Source: Myxococcota bacterium
GTDB taxonomy: Bacteria; Myxococcota_A; UBA796; SXON01
Direction of reading: 5' to 3'
NCBI GenBank assembly: GCA_040386535.1
Contig: JAZKFH010000017.1
Coordinates: forward strand, 151,968-215,967
Length of the DNA: 64,000 bases
Shown here: piece after piece, positions 48,794-61,510 of the stretch
Numbering within the stretch: the stretch's first letter is position 1
Layout of the letters: each line of letters begins with the position of its first letter
Notes under the pieces: model-generated
The model's input: the letters and a program-made list of their open reading frames with translations, nothing else
What the model was told of the DNA's origin: nothing
Databases searched by the model: none
Position numbers and translations under genes: made by a program

Positions 48794-50083
48794 ATGAGCT
48801 TGCTCGACGCCATCGCCATCCTCCTCGTCCTCGCCGCCACCTTCGGCTTCATCAACCACCACGTCTTCAAGCTGCCGTTCGCCATCGGCCTGCTCCTCTC
48901 CGGCCTCCTCGCGTCCTTCGGCGTCATCGTGGTCGACGCCCTCGTGCCGGGCTGGAACCTGAAGGAGGATGTCCGCGAGGCGGTCTTGAGCCTCAACTTC
49001 GCCGACACCGTGCTGTCGGGCATGTTGAGCGTCCTGCTCTTCGCGGGCGCCCTGCACACCGATCTCGGCGGGCTCCGACAGTGGCGCCGCGCCATCATCA
49101 TGCTCGCGTCGTTCGGCGTGCTCATCAGCACCGCGGTGACCGGCCTCGTGTCGTGGTGGCTGTTCGGCCTGTTCGGGCTGGACGTCCAGCTCATCTGGTG
49201 CCTCGCGTTCGGCGCGCTCATCTCGCCCACCGATCCCATCGCGGTGCTCGGCATCATGAAGTCGGCGAACGCGCCCAAGGCGCTCGAGACCAAGGTGATC
49301 GGCGAGAGCCTGTTCAACGACGGCAGCGGCGTCGTGTTGTTCACGCTGCTCTGCGGCGTCGGGCTGGCGATGGCGGAGGGCGGCATCGGCGCCGCGCGGG
49401 AGGCCGCCAGCGTCGGGAGCGTGGCCGCGCTCCTCGCCACCGAGATCCTCGGCGGCATCGGCCTCGGCCTCGCGGGCGGCTACCTGTCGTACCGCGCGTT
49501 CCGTACCGTCGACGAGGCGAACCTCGAGATCCTCATCACGGTCGCCACCGTGTTCGCGATCAGCTTCCTCGCGCCCAAGCTGCACGTCTCGGCGCCGCTC
49601 GCCGCGGTGGCCGCGGGCCTGTTCATCGGCGCGCGGGGGCGCGAGGGCTTGAGCGAGCACACCACCCTGGCCCACGACACCGTCTGGACCTTCCTCGACG
49701 AGACGCTCAACGCCGTCCTGTTCCTGCTCATCGGCCTCGTGGTGTTCGCCATCGACCTGCGCCCCGCCTACCTCTACGCCGCCGCCGCCATCGTCCCCGC
49801 GGTCCTGCTCGCCCGGTTCGCGGGCGTGGCGATCCCGGTCACGGCGCTCCGCTTGCGCCAGTCGATCGACCGCGGCACCGTGGGCGTCCTGACGTGGGGC
49901 GGGCTCAAGGGCGGCGTGTCCGTCGCCCTCGCGATGAAGCTCCCCGCGTTCGAGGGCCGCGACGCCATCCTGACCGCCACCTACGTGGTGGTCATCTTCT
50001 CGATCGTCGTGCAGGGATTGACGGTGGGGCCGCTGATCCGGCGGTTGTTCCCGCCGCGTGTCGAGATGACGGGGGCGGCGTGA
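48794..50083 (+). CDS. nhaP: CPA1-family Na+/H+ antiporter (NhaP-like)
   Basis: LLFAGAL, FGALISPTDPIAV, GESLFNDG, WGGLKGGVSVALA, VQGLT. Confidence 0.9.
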   Translation: MSLLDAIAILLVLAATFGFINHHVFKLPFAIGLLLSGLLASFGVIVVDALVPGWNLKEDVREAVLSLNFADTVLSGMLSVLLFAGALHTDLGGLRQWRRAIIMLASFGVLISTAVTGLVSWWLFGLFGLDVQLIWCLAFGALISPTDPIAVLGIMKSANAPKALETKVIGESLFNDGSGVVLFTLLCGVGLAMAEGGIGAAREAASVGSVAALLATEILGGIGLGLAGGYLSYRAFRTVDEANLEILITVATVFAISFLAPKLHVSAPLAAVAAGLFIGARGREGLSEHTTLAHDTVWTFLDETLNAVLFLLIGLVVFAIDLRPAYLYAAAAIVPAVLLARFAGVAIPVTALRLRQSIDRGTVGVLTWGGLKGGVSVALAMKLPAFEGRDAILTATYVVVIFSIVVQGLTVGPLIRRLFPPRVEMTGAA

Positions 50084-50141
50084 GCACCGACTGAACGGGT
50101 ACGTGGGCTCCTCCGCCGTCCCCGAGGTCGCCGTGTTCCCG

Positions 50142-51866
50142 ATGCTGATGTTCGTGCTCGCGTGCACCGGCGCCGCCGCCGAGCCCGCTCCTTCTCGCGG
50201 CGATGACCTGAACGCCGAGACGCTCGCGGGCTCCGGCGGCACCTCCGGCGACGCACGCGCCGCGACCAGCCCGATGGTGACCCTCGCGCCGGACCCGCTC
50301 CCGACGGGCGACTTCGTGGCGATCTCGCTCGGGGCGGCCGGAGGGTGCACGCTCGATGTCGCGGGTGCCCTGGGCTGTTTCCCCCTCGGATCGCTGAGCG
50401 GGCCCCCGGCGCCCGGCGTGAAGCTGCCCCCGGGGCCCTTCGCGCATGTCTGGGGCGACGCGAGCGCGGGATGCGCCTCCACCGACGCCGGCAAGGCCGT
50501 GTGCTGGGGCGGAGCGGAGGCGATGGAGGCCGCGATCGGCGGTCGGGCCGTGAAGGAGTTCTCGCTCGACTACAGCGGCCAAGGCTGCGCGGTGCTCGCG
50601 GACGAGCAGCTCGTGTGTGTCGGGCGCATGGCACCGGCCCCGGTGGCGCGCGCCCGCGACGTGGAGACGACCTCGGGCGCGTGCGTGGCGACCGCGACGG
50701 GGGTGCAATGCTGGGCGTACCGCGATCATGCGATCGCGGGCGACTTCACCGACGTGGGGGTGGCCGGGTTCGGCACGTGCGCGGTCTCGTCCGAGGGGCT
50801 GCGGTGTGAGGGGTATGCGCGGCCGCTCCCGCCCACGGACGGCTGGACCGAGATCGAGGGCGGCTTCGACCACTTCTGTGGGCGCCGGCACGGGCTCGTC
50901 GCGTGCTTCGGGCCGCCGGAGTCCGAGGGCGTGCGGGTCCCCGCGGACGCGCGCGCCTACGCGGTCGCGAGCGGGATGACGTGCTGGGTCGCCGCGGACG
51001 GGTCGCTGGGGTGCGCGGGCGGCGGGTTCCACCCGGGGCTCCCCGTCGGTGGCGTGCGCGACGTGACGGTCACCGAGGAGGGCGGCTGTGCGCTGCTCGC
51101 GAACGGCGACATCCACTGCTTCGGCGAGCGCTCCGGCCTCGGCGGCGACCTCTTCGGGAGCGCGGCGGGCGCTGCGGGGGCGGCCGCGGGCGGTGGCCCC
51201 TTCGTGTCGATGTCCGCCGACAAGCACGTCGGCTGCGGCCTGGACGCGGCGGGGGCGCCCCGGTGCTGGGGGCCCCTCGCCGTTCCGCCCGGCGTGACCT
51301 TCCGCCAGCTCGACGTCGGGCTCGGCTACGCGTGCGGCGTCCGCACCGACGGAACGCTCCAGTGTTTCGACAATGCCGACGACGCCTACACCTCCGAGGT
51401 CGCCGCTCCCCCGGCCGGCACGTTCACGACGGTCCAGTCCGCGGTCACCTGGTCGTGCGCGCTGGCGCCGGACGGGCGGGTGTCGTGCTGGGGAAAGAAG
51501 GACTACTCCGACTTCCGCTACGAGCTGCAGCCGCCGCCGGACGACACGTTCACGTCCATCTCCGCCGGCTACAACCACCACTGCGGCATCGTCCGCGACG
51601 GCACGATCCGCTGCTGGGGCCGCGATCGCTTCGGCGAGACCGTGCCGCCCGCGGGCGCCTTCCTCCAGGTGGACGCCGGCGAGTGCAAGACCTGCGCCCT
51701 CGATCTCGGTGGCGTGATTCGCTGCTGGGGCCGAGAGGACGCCCCGGGCCGGATCCCGGCAGGGGCGTTCGTGCGCGTCGCCGTCGAGAAGTACAACGAC
51801 GAGGGGACGCCGGGGATGGTTTGTGGCGTGCGGAGTGATGGGACGTTGGCGTGTGGGTGGTTCTAG
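50142..51866 (+). CDS. RCC1-like repeat lipoprotein
   Basis: MLMFVLAC; repeated ISAG..H.CG...DGT..CWG units. Confidence 0.82.
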   Translation: MLMFVLACTGAAAEPAPSRGDDLNAETLAGSGGTSGDARAATSPMVTLAPDPLPTGDFVAISLGAAGGCTLDVAGALGCFPLGSLSGPPAPGVKLPPGPFAHVWGDASAGCASTDAGKAVCWGGAEAMEAAIGGRAVKEFSLDYSGQGCAVLADEQLVCVGRMAPAPVARARDVETTSGACVATATGVQCWAYRDHAIAGDFTDVGVAGFGTCAVSSEGLRCEGYARPLPPTDGWTEIEGGFDHFCGRRHGLVACFGPPESEGVRVPADARAYAVASGMTCWVAADGSLGCAGGGFHPGLPVGGVRDVTVTEEGGCALLANGDIHCFGERSGLGGDLFGSAAGAAGAAAGGGPFVSMSADKHVGCGLDAAGAPRCWGPLAVPPGVTFRQLDVGLGYACGVRTDGTLQCFDNADDAYTSEVAAPPAGTFTTVQSAVTWSCALAPDGRVSCWGKKDYSDFRYELQPPPDDTFTSISAGYNHHCGIVRDGTIRCWGRDRFGETVPPAGAFLQVDAGECKTCALDLGGVIRCWGREDAPGRIPAGAFVRVAVEKYNDEGTPGMVCGVRSDGTLACGWF

Positions 51867-51911
51867 CGCCGCGCCGGAGTTGCGCGGAGCGGCGTGAGGC
51901 GTGATCGGGGC

Positions 51912-52060
51912 GGGCGCGACCTCCGCGCGGACGCGGAGGTCGGTCCGTTGCGGGCTCGCTGCGCTCGGTCGGCGCGGCTCGGCGGGTCTGGTCGGGCTCC
52001 GACGGGAGCCGCGCCGGACCGGCCGGGCGGACCCGGCCGCCCTCCACGCACCTCGCGCGG
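51912..52060 (+). repeat. Repeat family C, copy 2
   Basis: Matches 45871-45986 with an extra internal hairpin (ggctccgacgggagcc). Confidence 0.8.
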
Positions 52061-52146
52061 CGTCGCGCCGGACGCCGCGCGGCGACGGAGGACGTGGCGA
52101 TCTTGGCTCGCTCCGCTCCGTCGACGCGTCTGGGCGTCCTGCCCAG

Positions 52147-52362
52147 GTCATGCCCCGGTGAATGCACCCGGCACGGAGTCATGCCGGGTTGAATGCTGAG
52201 GTTCAGGGTGCGCGGGCCCCCCGGGCGCGCGCCGGAGCCTGCCCGACCGCGAATAGTGACCTTTGCTCCGTGCCAGGCACGGGTGGCACCCCTCACAGCA
52301 ACGCTCGGATGGGCGTTCAGGGGGGCATGAGTCTGAAATAGCGGCGTTCAGGGGGGCATGAC
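52147..52362 (+). repeat. Repeat family B, copy 3
   Basis: gtcatgccccggtgaatgc..gtcatgccgggttgaatgc ... gcgttcaggggggcatgag..gcgttcaggggggcatgac. Confidence 0.85.
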
Positions 52363-52607
52363 TCCGCCCCGGCGGCGCCGTGCGGTCTACGGTCGAGTGG
52401 TGCGCGACGCCCGCGCGGCCTCCCACGTGAGCGCGCACCTCGGAGTCTCAGCGACGAAGTTGAAGCGTCGGCGGCGGAGTGAGGGAGCGCCGGGAGGCGT
52501 GATCACAGCGTGCGCCAGCAGGCCCGGCACGCCCCCCAAGCGGACGCGCAGTCGGTCCGTGGCGGGCTGGCGCCGCGCCGCTCGGCGCATCTGGGCGCCC
52601 GGTCCAG

Positions 52608-52801
52608 GTCATGCCCCCGTGAGTGCACGCGGCATGAAGTCATGCCGGGTTGAATGCGCAGATTCAGGGTGCCCGTGCCCCTTCGCGCCCGCCGGAGCCC
52701 GAGAAATGCCGCCTGGTCCGTGTCAGGCGTGCGCGGGAACCCTCGAATCGGTCACTCATGGGGGCATGACTCCAAAATAGCGGCGTTCAGGGGGGCATGA
52801 C
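52608..52801 (+). repeat. Repeat family B, copy 4
   Basis: Same architecture as copy 3. Confidence 0.85.
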
Positions 52802-52923
52802 TCCGCACCCCGCCGGGCGGTCCGTTCCGGGCAAGCGCCGGCACGTCCGCCGCCCGCACCCGCCGCACCCGCTCCGCAGCGGCCGCGTCCGCGCGGACCG
52901 TCTGCCCAATCCTGTGACCTGTG

Positions 52924-53487
52924 TCAGCAGCGCAACCAGCCCACCGCCGACGTGAGCGTGTTGGCGCCGCTCTTGAGCACCACGTCGTGCCACACCACGT
53001 CGGTCGAGCCGTCGGGCGCGAGGCTCACGTCGAGCGAGCCGCCGGTGCCGTCGGAGTACCACGTGCTGAAGTCGCGGAAGTCGACCACGCCCACCGCCAC
53101 CTCACCGGGGTTGATGGCGGAGAAGCCGTCGAACGCCACGATCGTGTAGGTGCCGGGCGTGGGCGCGGTGTCGAAGTACGCGTAGCCGTTGCCCTGCTCC
53201 GCGGCGCCGTCGCGCAGCGCGCCCGAGCTGAAGGTGTAGTAGTCGCCGACGGTCTGGCAGAAGACCCCCTCCTCCGTGAGCGGGTAGAACGCGCCGGAGA
53301 AGTCGAAGCCCAAGGCCTCGGGGAGCGTGCTGGTGTCGGTGTCGGTGTCAGTGTCGGTGTCGGTGTCGGTGTCCGTATCGGTGTCGGTGTCGGTGTCGGT
53401 GTCGGCTTGGGTGTCACCGCCGGTGTCTTCGGTCTTGCCGGTGCACGCGAGGGGGAGGAGGAACGAGAGGGCGAGCAGGGTGGACAC
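52924..53487 (-). CDS. Lipoprotein with (Asp-Thr)n linker
   Basis: GTG start, LLPLAC lipobox, DTDTDT repeat at 53335-53405. Confidence 0.78.
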   Translation of the reverse strand: MSTLLALSFLLPLACTGKTEDTGGDTQADTDTDTDTDTDTDTDTDTDTDTDTSTLPEALGFDFSGAFYPLTEEGVFCQTVGDYYTFSSGALRDGAAEQGNGYAYFDTAPTPGTYTIVAFDGFSAINPGEVAVGVVDFRDFSTWYSDGTGGSLDVSLAPDGSTDVVWHDVVLKSGANTLTSAVGWLRC

Positions 53488-53611
53488 GGAGGCTCCCGGG
53501 GGGCGGCCGACGGGCCGCACGCGGCGGAGGGTAGCAAGCCTCGTGCCGATGGCGCGAGGGGACTTCTGCGCGGATAGACCGTGACGGTCATGCGACACGC
53601 GACACCCCGTC

Positions 53612-56728
<3,117 letters not shown>

Positions 56729-56736
56729 CCGCGGAG

Positions 56737-56821
56737 GGGGTCTGACCTTACGACTTACCACCTGCGACAGGCGAACGCCGAGAATCCAGCGGTGGGGTCT
56801 GACCTTACGACTTGTCACCTG
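56737..56821. repeat. Two 28-bp direct repeats separated by 29 bp
   Basis: ggggtctgaccttacgactt(ac/gt)cacctg at 56737 and 56794. Confidence 0.75.
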
Positions 56822-56831
56822 TGGCCGAAGG

Positions 56832-57509
56832 CTACCCGCCCGCGTACACCGCGTCCCACCGGGTCCCCGGCCGGAGCGCCCACGCCAGCGCGCGGTGCCG
56901 CTCCATCACGATGCGTCCGTGGATGGCGGGGCTGAACCACGCGGGCACCGCGTCGCCGCGCGCGGACGCGTCGACGTGGGCGAAGGCGTCGGCGAACACC
57001 GCCACCGCGGCGTCGTCGAACCGATCCGGGTCGCGCGCGGCCAGCCATGCGTCCACATCGGCCTCGAGGGGCGGGAGGAAGTCCTGGAGCACGTCGTTCA
57101 CGCGATCGTCGGGCATCATCGTGCCGTACAGATCGGGCCCCTCCTCGTAGCCGAGCACCCACGCGAGCGCCCAGGCGCCCTCGAACCCCCACCCCACCGA
57201 GCCGCGGTAGACCGTGCTCGCCGGCCCGCGCGGCGTGGCCAGCATCGTCTTCTCGCGCGCGCCGAACCAAACGTCCGCATCGCGGCCGCCCCCCGCGAGC
57301 CGCGCGACGGCGTCCTGGATGAGCGCGCTGGAGACCCGCTCCTCGGGCACGGCGACCCAGGCGGCCGTGGCCTTCACCACCATCAGCCGCCGGATGAGCT
57401 CCTCGTCCGGCCTGAGCACGCGGCCCGCCGACGGCCGGTCGCGCGGCGCGCGAAAGCCCTGGTCCAGCAACATCTCGATGACCGGATCGCTCTCGTCGGC
57501 CGTGGTCAT
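56832..57509 (-). CDS. DUF4272-like hypothetical protein
   Basis: W..E..WALAWVLG and C-terminal IVMERHRALAW....WD.V. Confidence 0.65.
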   Translation of the reverse strand: MTTADESDPVIEMLLDQGFRAPRDRPSAGRVLRPDEELIRRLMVVKATAAWVAVPEERVSSALIQDAVARLAGGGRDADVWFGAREKTMLATPRGPASTVYRGSVGWGFEGAWALAWVLGYEEGPDLYGTMMPDDRVNDVLQDFLPPLEADVDAWLAARDPDRFDDAAVAVFADAFAHVDASARGDAVPAWFSPAIHGRIVMERHRALAWALRPGTRWDAVYAGG

Positions 57510-57612
57510 GCGGTCCTCCTTGCGGTCGCGACGGTATCATGGGGGTGGGTACGGGACGGGGTCCCGCCGAGCGCGACGCGATGCCACGAGGGCGACCGCC
57601 GCGAGGTCCGGA

Positions 57613-57817
57613 GTCATGCCGAGGTGAACGCCGCTAGTTGGGAGTCATGTGCCCGTGAACGCCCGCGCGAGGGTCGGGACGAGGGGTGCTCCGCGCGCTG
57701 GCCACGGAGCAAGCGTCACTTTTCACGACGGGGTCGGCGCCGGCGCAGCCGAGAAGCCCGTACCCGAGCGTTCAACCCGGCATGACTTCGTGCCGCGTGC
57801 ATTCACCGGGGCATGAC
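57613..57817 (-). repeat. Repeat family B, copy 5 (inverted)
   Basis: Reverse complement of the copy 2/3 ends and centre. Confidence 0.8.
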
Positions 57818-58004
57818 CTGGACTCGAGCGCGGGGGGCGCGTGGCGCGTGCCGAAGTAGTCGCAACGCACGTTCGCCCGACCGAGCGCGCGGCTTCGCCG
57901 TGTGGCAGGGGCCGACCCGCGCCCCTCTGCGATGTGGTGGATCTTCGAGCGGGTCCACGATCCGCGATGCTCCCCGCCGTCGGCCTCCGGGTCAGCGGGC
58001 GCAA

Positions 58005-58054
58005 ACCCGACAGATCTCGCCTCAGGGCGGGTCGTGACGCCCGTTCTGTCGGGT
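58005..58054. repeat. Repeat family A, copy 3
   Basis: acccgacagatctcgcctcagggcgggtcgtgacgcccgttctgtcgggt. Confidence 0.88.
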
Positions 58055-58163
58055 CCTGCGGGCCATCAGCGCCCGTTGCACCCCGTCGGCGGTCGGCCCC
58101 CCCCCGAAAAGCCGGCGTTGCTCCGTCCGGGTGTGCTCGCGCGCGGGCGGAAGGGCTCCGCGG

Positions 58164-58213
58164 ACCCGACAGATCTCGCCTCAGGGCGGGTCGTGACGCC
58201 CGTTCTGTCGGGT
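58164..58213. repeat. Repeat family A, copy 4
   Basis: Identical to 58005-58054. Confidence 0.88.
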
Positions 58214-58322
58214 CGGCGCGGCGGTGGACGCGGTGTGAAGCCCTCTCCGGGACGGGCGTCACCTCTGGAGGGACCACCCCGGCGACGGTCCGGGGGCCCG
58301 CTTTCCCCCGAAGCCTCCGCGT

Positions 58323-58482
58323 CCCCGCGCCAGGGGCGCGGAGGGCAGCCGCCTCCGGCGGCTGGTCCGGCCGGGCGAGCGGAGGCGCCCGACTCGGCTC
58401 CAATGCCCCTTCGCCCGGCCGACCGCGCGGCTCCGCCGCGTGCCCGGAGCCGACCTGCCCCGCGTCCGCGCGGGGGCGCCCC
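58323..58482 (-). repeat. Repeat family C (variant D), inverted copy
   Basis: Reverse complement aligns along its length to 59941-60099. Confidence 0.8.
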
Positions 58483-58602
58483 ACCTCCGTTCCCCCCAGG
58501 CTTCCTGCGGTCACCGGGCCGCCAGGCCCCCGTCGAGCAACCCGCCCCCCCGCACCCATAGTAGGCTCCTCCGCGCCCCTCCCCGCCCCCCGTGAACGCC
58601 CC

Positions 58603-59910
58603 ATGAACCCCACCCTCTCCCTCCCCGACCCCGCGACCACCCGCGCGCGCCTCGAGCCGCGGCTGCGACAGGTGTTCCGCGCCGGCCGGGTGGTGCCGGA
58701 CGTGTCGTGGCGCGTGCCCGAGGGCGCCACGCTGCTCGGGCGGGAAGAGGGCGCCGAGCGTACCTTCGTTCAGGACGATCCCACCGTGAGCCGCGCGCAC
58801 GCGCGCCTCGTTCGTGCCGGCGACACCGTGCGCGTCGAAGAGCTGGCCGGCTCGAAGAACGGCATGTGGGTGGACGGCCACAAGGTACGCGAGGCCGAGC
58901 TCGTCGACGGCGCCGTGGTGCGGATCGGCGGCACGCTCCTCGTGTTCCGACGCGTGCCCGTGCCGCTCGACGACGTCGTGATCCCCGGGCTGCGCGGCAC
59001 CTCGCCCGAGATGGCGGCGCTCCGCGTGACGCTCGCGCGCGCCGCCACGATGGCCGACCCGGTGCTGCTCCTCGGTGAGACCGGCACCGGCAAGACCGCG
59101 GCCGCCGCGTGCCTCCACCGCCTGTCCGGGCGGCCGGGCGCGTTCGTCCCGGTCAACGTCGCCGCGGTGCCCGAGGCCCTCGCCGAGGCCGCGCTGTTCG
59201 GGCACACGGCGCACGCGTTCACGGGCGCCCAACGCGAGAGCGCCGGCCACTTCCGCGCCGCCGACCGCGGCACCCTCCTGCTCGACGAGATCGGCGAGAT
59301 CGAGGCGCGGCTCCAGGCCCGCCTGCTCCACGCGGTCGAGGCGCGCGAGGTGATGCCGGTGGGCGCGTCGCGGCCGCAGCCGATCGACGTGCGCGTGGTC
59401 GCCGCCACCAACGTCGACCTGGTGGCGGCCGTGCGCGACGGTCGCTTCCGCGCTGATCTGTACGCGCGGCTCGCCGGGCTCGTCATCGCCCTCCCGCCGC
59501 TACGCGCGCGTCGCGACGACATCCTCGCGCTCCTCGCCCCCCACCTCCCGCCGGGCGTCCCCCTCTCGCCCGCGCTCGCGGAGCGCCTCGTCCTGCACCC
59601 GTGGCCCTTCAACGTGCGGGAGGTCGAGCGCGTCGCCGCCGAGCTCCGCTTCCGCGCGCCCGACGTGACCGTGCTGGATGTGCCCCTCGTCGACGCGCGC
59701 CTCTCCGCGTTCGCCACCGAGGCCGCGGCCCCGCCCCCCGACAGCGCCGACGCCGGCCCGCCCGACCGCGATCGCCTCGTGGAGCTGCTCACGCGTCACG
59801 ACGGCGTGGTGGCCGCGGTCGCGCGCGCGGTCCAACGCACCCCGCGGCAGGTGTACCGCTGGCTGGAGCGCGAGGGCATCGATCCGGAGGGGTGGCGGAA
59901 GGGGCGGTAG
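58603..59910 (+). CDS. FHA-domain sigma54-dependent enhancer-binding protein (FHA-AAA+-HTH)
   Basis: LGR..VSRAHA..SKNG FHA; GETGTGK, LFGH..HAFTGA, LLDEIGE, FRADLYARL, WPFNVRE. Confidence 0.9.
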   Translation: MNPTLSLPDPATTRARLEPRLRQVFRAGRVVPDVSWRVPEGATLLGREEGAERTFVQDDPTVSRAHARLVRAGDTVRVEELAGSKNGMWVDGHKVREAELVDGAVVRIGGTLLVFRRVPVPLDDVVIPGLRGTSPEMAALRVTLARAATMADPVLLLGETGTGKTAAAACLHRLSGRPGAFVPVNVAAVPEALAEAALFGHTAHAFTGAQRESAGHFRAADRGTLLLDEIGEIEARLQARLLHAVEAREVMPVGASRPQPIDVRVVAATNVDLVAAVRDGRFRADLYARLAGLVIALPPLRARRDDILALLAPHLPPGVPLSPALAERLVLHPWPFNVREVERVAAELRFRAPDVTVLDVPLVDARLSAFATEAAAPPPDSADAGPPDRDRLVELLTRHDGVVAAVARAVQRTPRQVYRWLEREGIDPEGWRKGR

Positions 59911-59940
59911 GGCGTCGTCACGCGCGGGACTTCAGGCATG

Positions 59941-60099
59941 GGGGCGCCCCGCGCGGACGCGGCAGGTCGGCTCCGGGCGCGCGGCTGGCGCCGCTTGGTC
60001 GGCCGGGCGAAACGGCATCGGCGTGGGGTCGAGAACGCCCGCCCGCCCGGCCGGACCAGCCGCCGGGGGCGGCTGCCCTCCGCGCCCTTGGCGCAGGGG
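59941..60099 (+). repeat. Repeat family C (variant D), forward copy
   Basis: ggggcgccccgcgcggacgcggcaggtcggctccggg...ccggccggaccagccgccgg.ggcggctgccctccgcgccc. Confidence 0.8.
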
Positions 60100-60198
60100 C
60101 CCGATGATTGGCCCCGACCAGGGCGCACTCCCCCACCCCGCCGCCCCTCGCACTCGAACATCGCGATGACCGCGGGGACGCGTCCAGTCGCAACCCAC

Positions 60199-60444
60199 TC
60201 AATCGAACGAGCCGTGGTCGGCGTAGCCCAGGATCTCGCCCGGCGTCTGCCGCGTCAGCAGCGGAAGCGCGCTGATCTGGGTACACAGCGCCTCGAGATC
60301 CGCGAGCTCCTGCGCCGCGCGGCCCGTGTCTTCCTCGGTGACGGGCCCGAGCCCGAGCACCGCGGCGAGCCCCTCCTCGATCAAGGCGCGCACGGTGGTG
60401 TGGTCCCGCGCGGCACGCACGCGGGCGGCCTCGCGGTCGTCCGC
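60199..60444 (-). pseudogene. VapB-like antitoxin remnant, 5'-truncated, no toxin
   Basis: RHH-like RAARDHTTVRALIEEGL..VL and C-terminal LPLL..TPGEILGYADHG; no canonical N-terminus. Confidence 0.5.
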
Positions 60445-61473
60445 TCACGGCTCCGTCCGCACCGGCCCCCGCGGCGGCTCCGCGGGCGCTGGCCCCCGCG
60501 GCGGCTCCGTGGGTTCAGGCCCGAAGATGGGCCTCTCGGGAACGACGATCTTGGGCTCGCCCTTGGCCTTCAGGATCACCGTCTTCGGGCGTTCTGTTCC
60601 CTTCCACTGCAGGTAGCCGGGAGGCTGGAACGCAAGCACCGCAATCCGCTCCCCGAGCACGAGCCGCGTCGCCCCGGGAGGCTGCGGCGCCACCGAGGGA
60701 GGAGGGTCTTTGTCGCCCACCACCAGGCTGGTGCCCGGCACAACGCCGATCCCCGCGAGCGCGTCGAGCCCCTGCACGGCCAGCGACCAGTCCGCCTCCG
60801 AAGTGAACAACACGGGCGGGTAGCCCGCCTCCACGACCCGCTGGGCGGCCTCCTCGGCGGATGCATGCGATGACGACGGGAAGTCGTCGGTGCTTCCCAG
60901 CACCACCCACCCGCCCGACCCGCCCGCGAGTGTCAGGTACCCGCCATCCTCCCGCCTCACGGGCGCCGCCACACGCGGTGTCGGCTCCGCATCGGTCACG
61001 AGCAGCCGCACATCGAAGCCCTCCAGGATCCCCGGTCCCCCCACCTCGTTGCTGTCGTAGCGACTCCGCCCATCCGCCACGATCAACACCGGCGTCCGCA
61101 CCGGCGCCCCGCACCGCGCCGACGCGGCCTTGTCGGCGGCTGCCCAGCGGGCGGCACGCGAGGCCAAACGGCGATACAGAACCGACGCCACCCGCGGCTC
61201 CTCCCCCAGCTCGTCCGCCAGCGCCAACCCCTCAGGCGTCACCACCAACACGCGCCACCCGAAGCGCCCGTCGTGAAGCAGCGCCGCACGGTCCGGCGCC
61301 CCGCAGAGCGCGGCGGTCTCGATGTGCGCGGCGTCGAGCCCCGCGACCTCGGCGGGCCCCACGAACTCGTCCACCAGCGCACCCGAGGCGTGGGTCGCCG
61401 CGGGTGGCGTGACGGGCAGGTCGAGCGCGGGCGGAGGCGGGACCGGGGGAGCACACGCGAGCAGCCACAACAT
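60445..61473 (-). CDS. Hypothetical lipoprotein-like protein
   Basis: MLWLLAC start, Pro-rich termini. Confidence 0.6.
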   Translation of the reverse strand: MLWLLACAPPVPPPPALDLPVTPPAATHASGALVDEFVGPAEVAGLDAAHIETAALCGAPDRAALLHDGRFGWRVLVVTPEGLALADELGEEPRVASVLYRRLASRAARWAAADKAASARCGAPVRTPVLIVADGRSRYDSNEVGGPGILEGFDVRLLVTDAEPTPRVAAPVRREDGGYLTLAGGSGGWVVLGSTDDFPSSSHASAEEAAQRVVEAGYPPVLFTSEADWSLAVQGLDALAGIGVVPGTSLVVGDKDPPPSVAPQPPGATRLVLGERIAVLAFQPPGYLQWKGTERPKTVILKAKGEPKIVVPERPIFGPEPTEPPRGPAPAEPPRGPVRTEP

Positions 61474-61510
61474 CCGCGGAGGATAGCTTTCCGAGCGACC
61501 ACTTCGAGCG

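Noticed and set aside
46097..52801. Integron attC sites as an explanation for family B
   Set aside because: No RYYYAAC/GTTRRRY cores, no single-gene cassette pattern and no integrase in the window
53335..53405. (gtgtcg)n microsatellite, also at 3240-3370
   Set aside because: Encodes ordinary Asp-Thr linkers of surface proteins; the hexamer unit cannot shift frame
60445..60447. Possible TGA read-through (selenocysteine) fusing the lipoprotein to the antitoxin-like peptide
   Set aside because: No Cys-homologous context or SECIS evidence; an exported lipoprotein fused to a DNA-binding antitoxin is implausible
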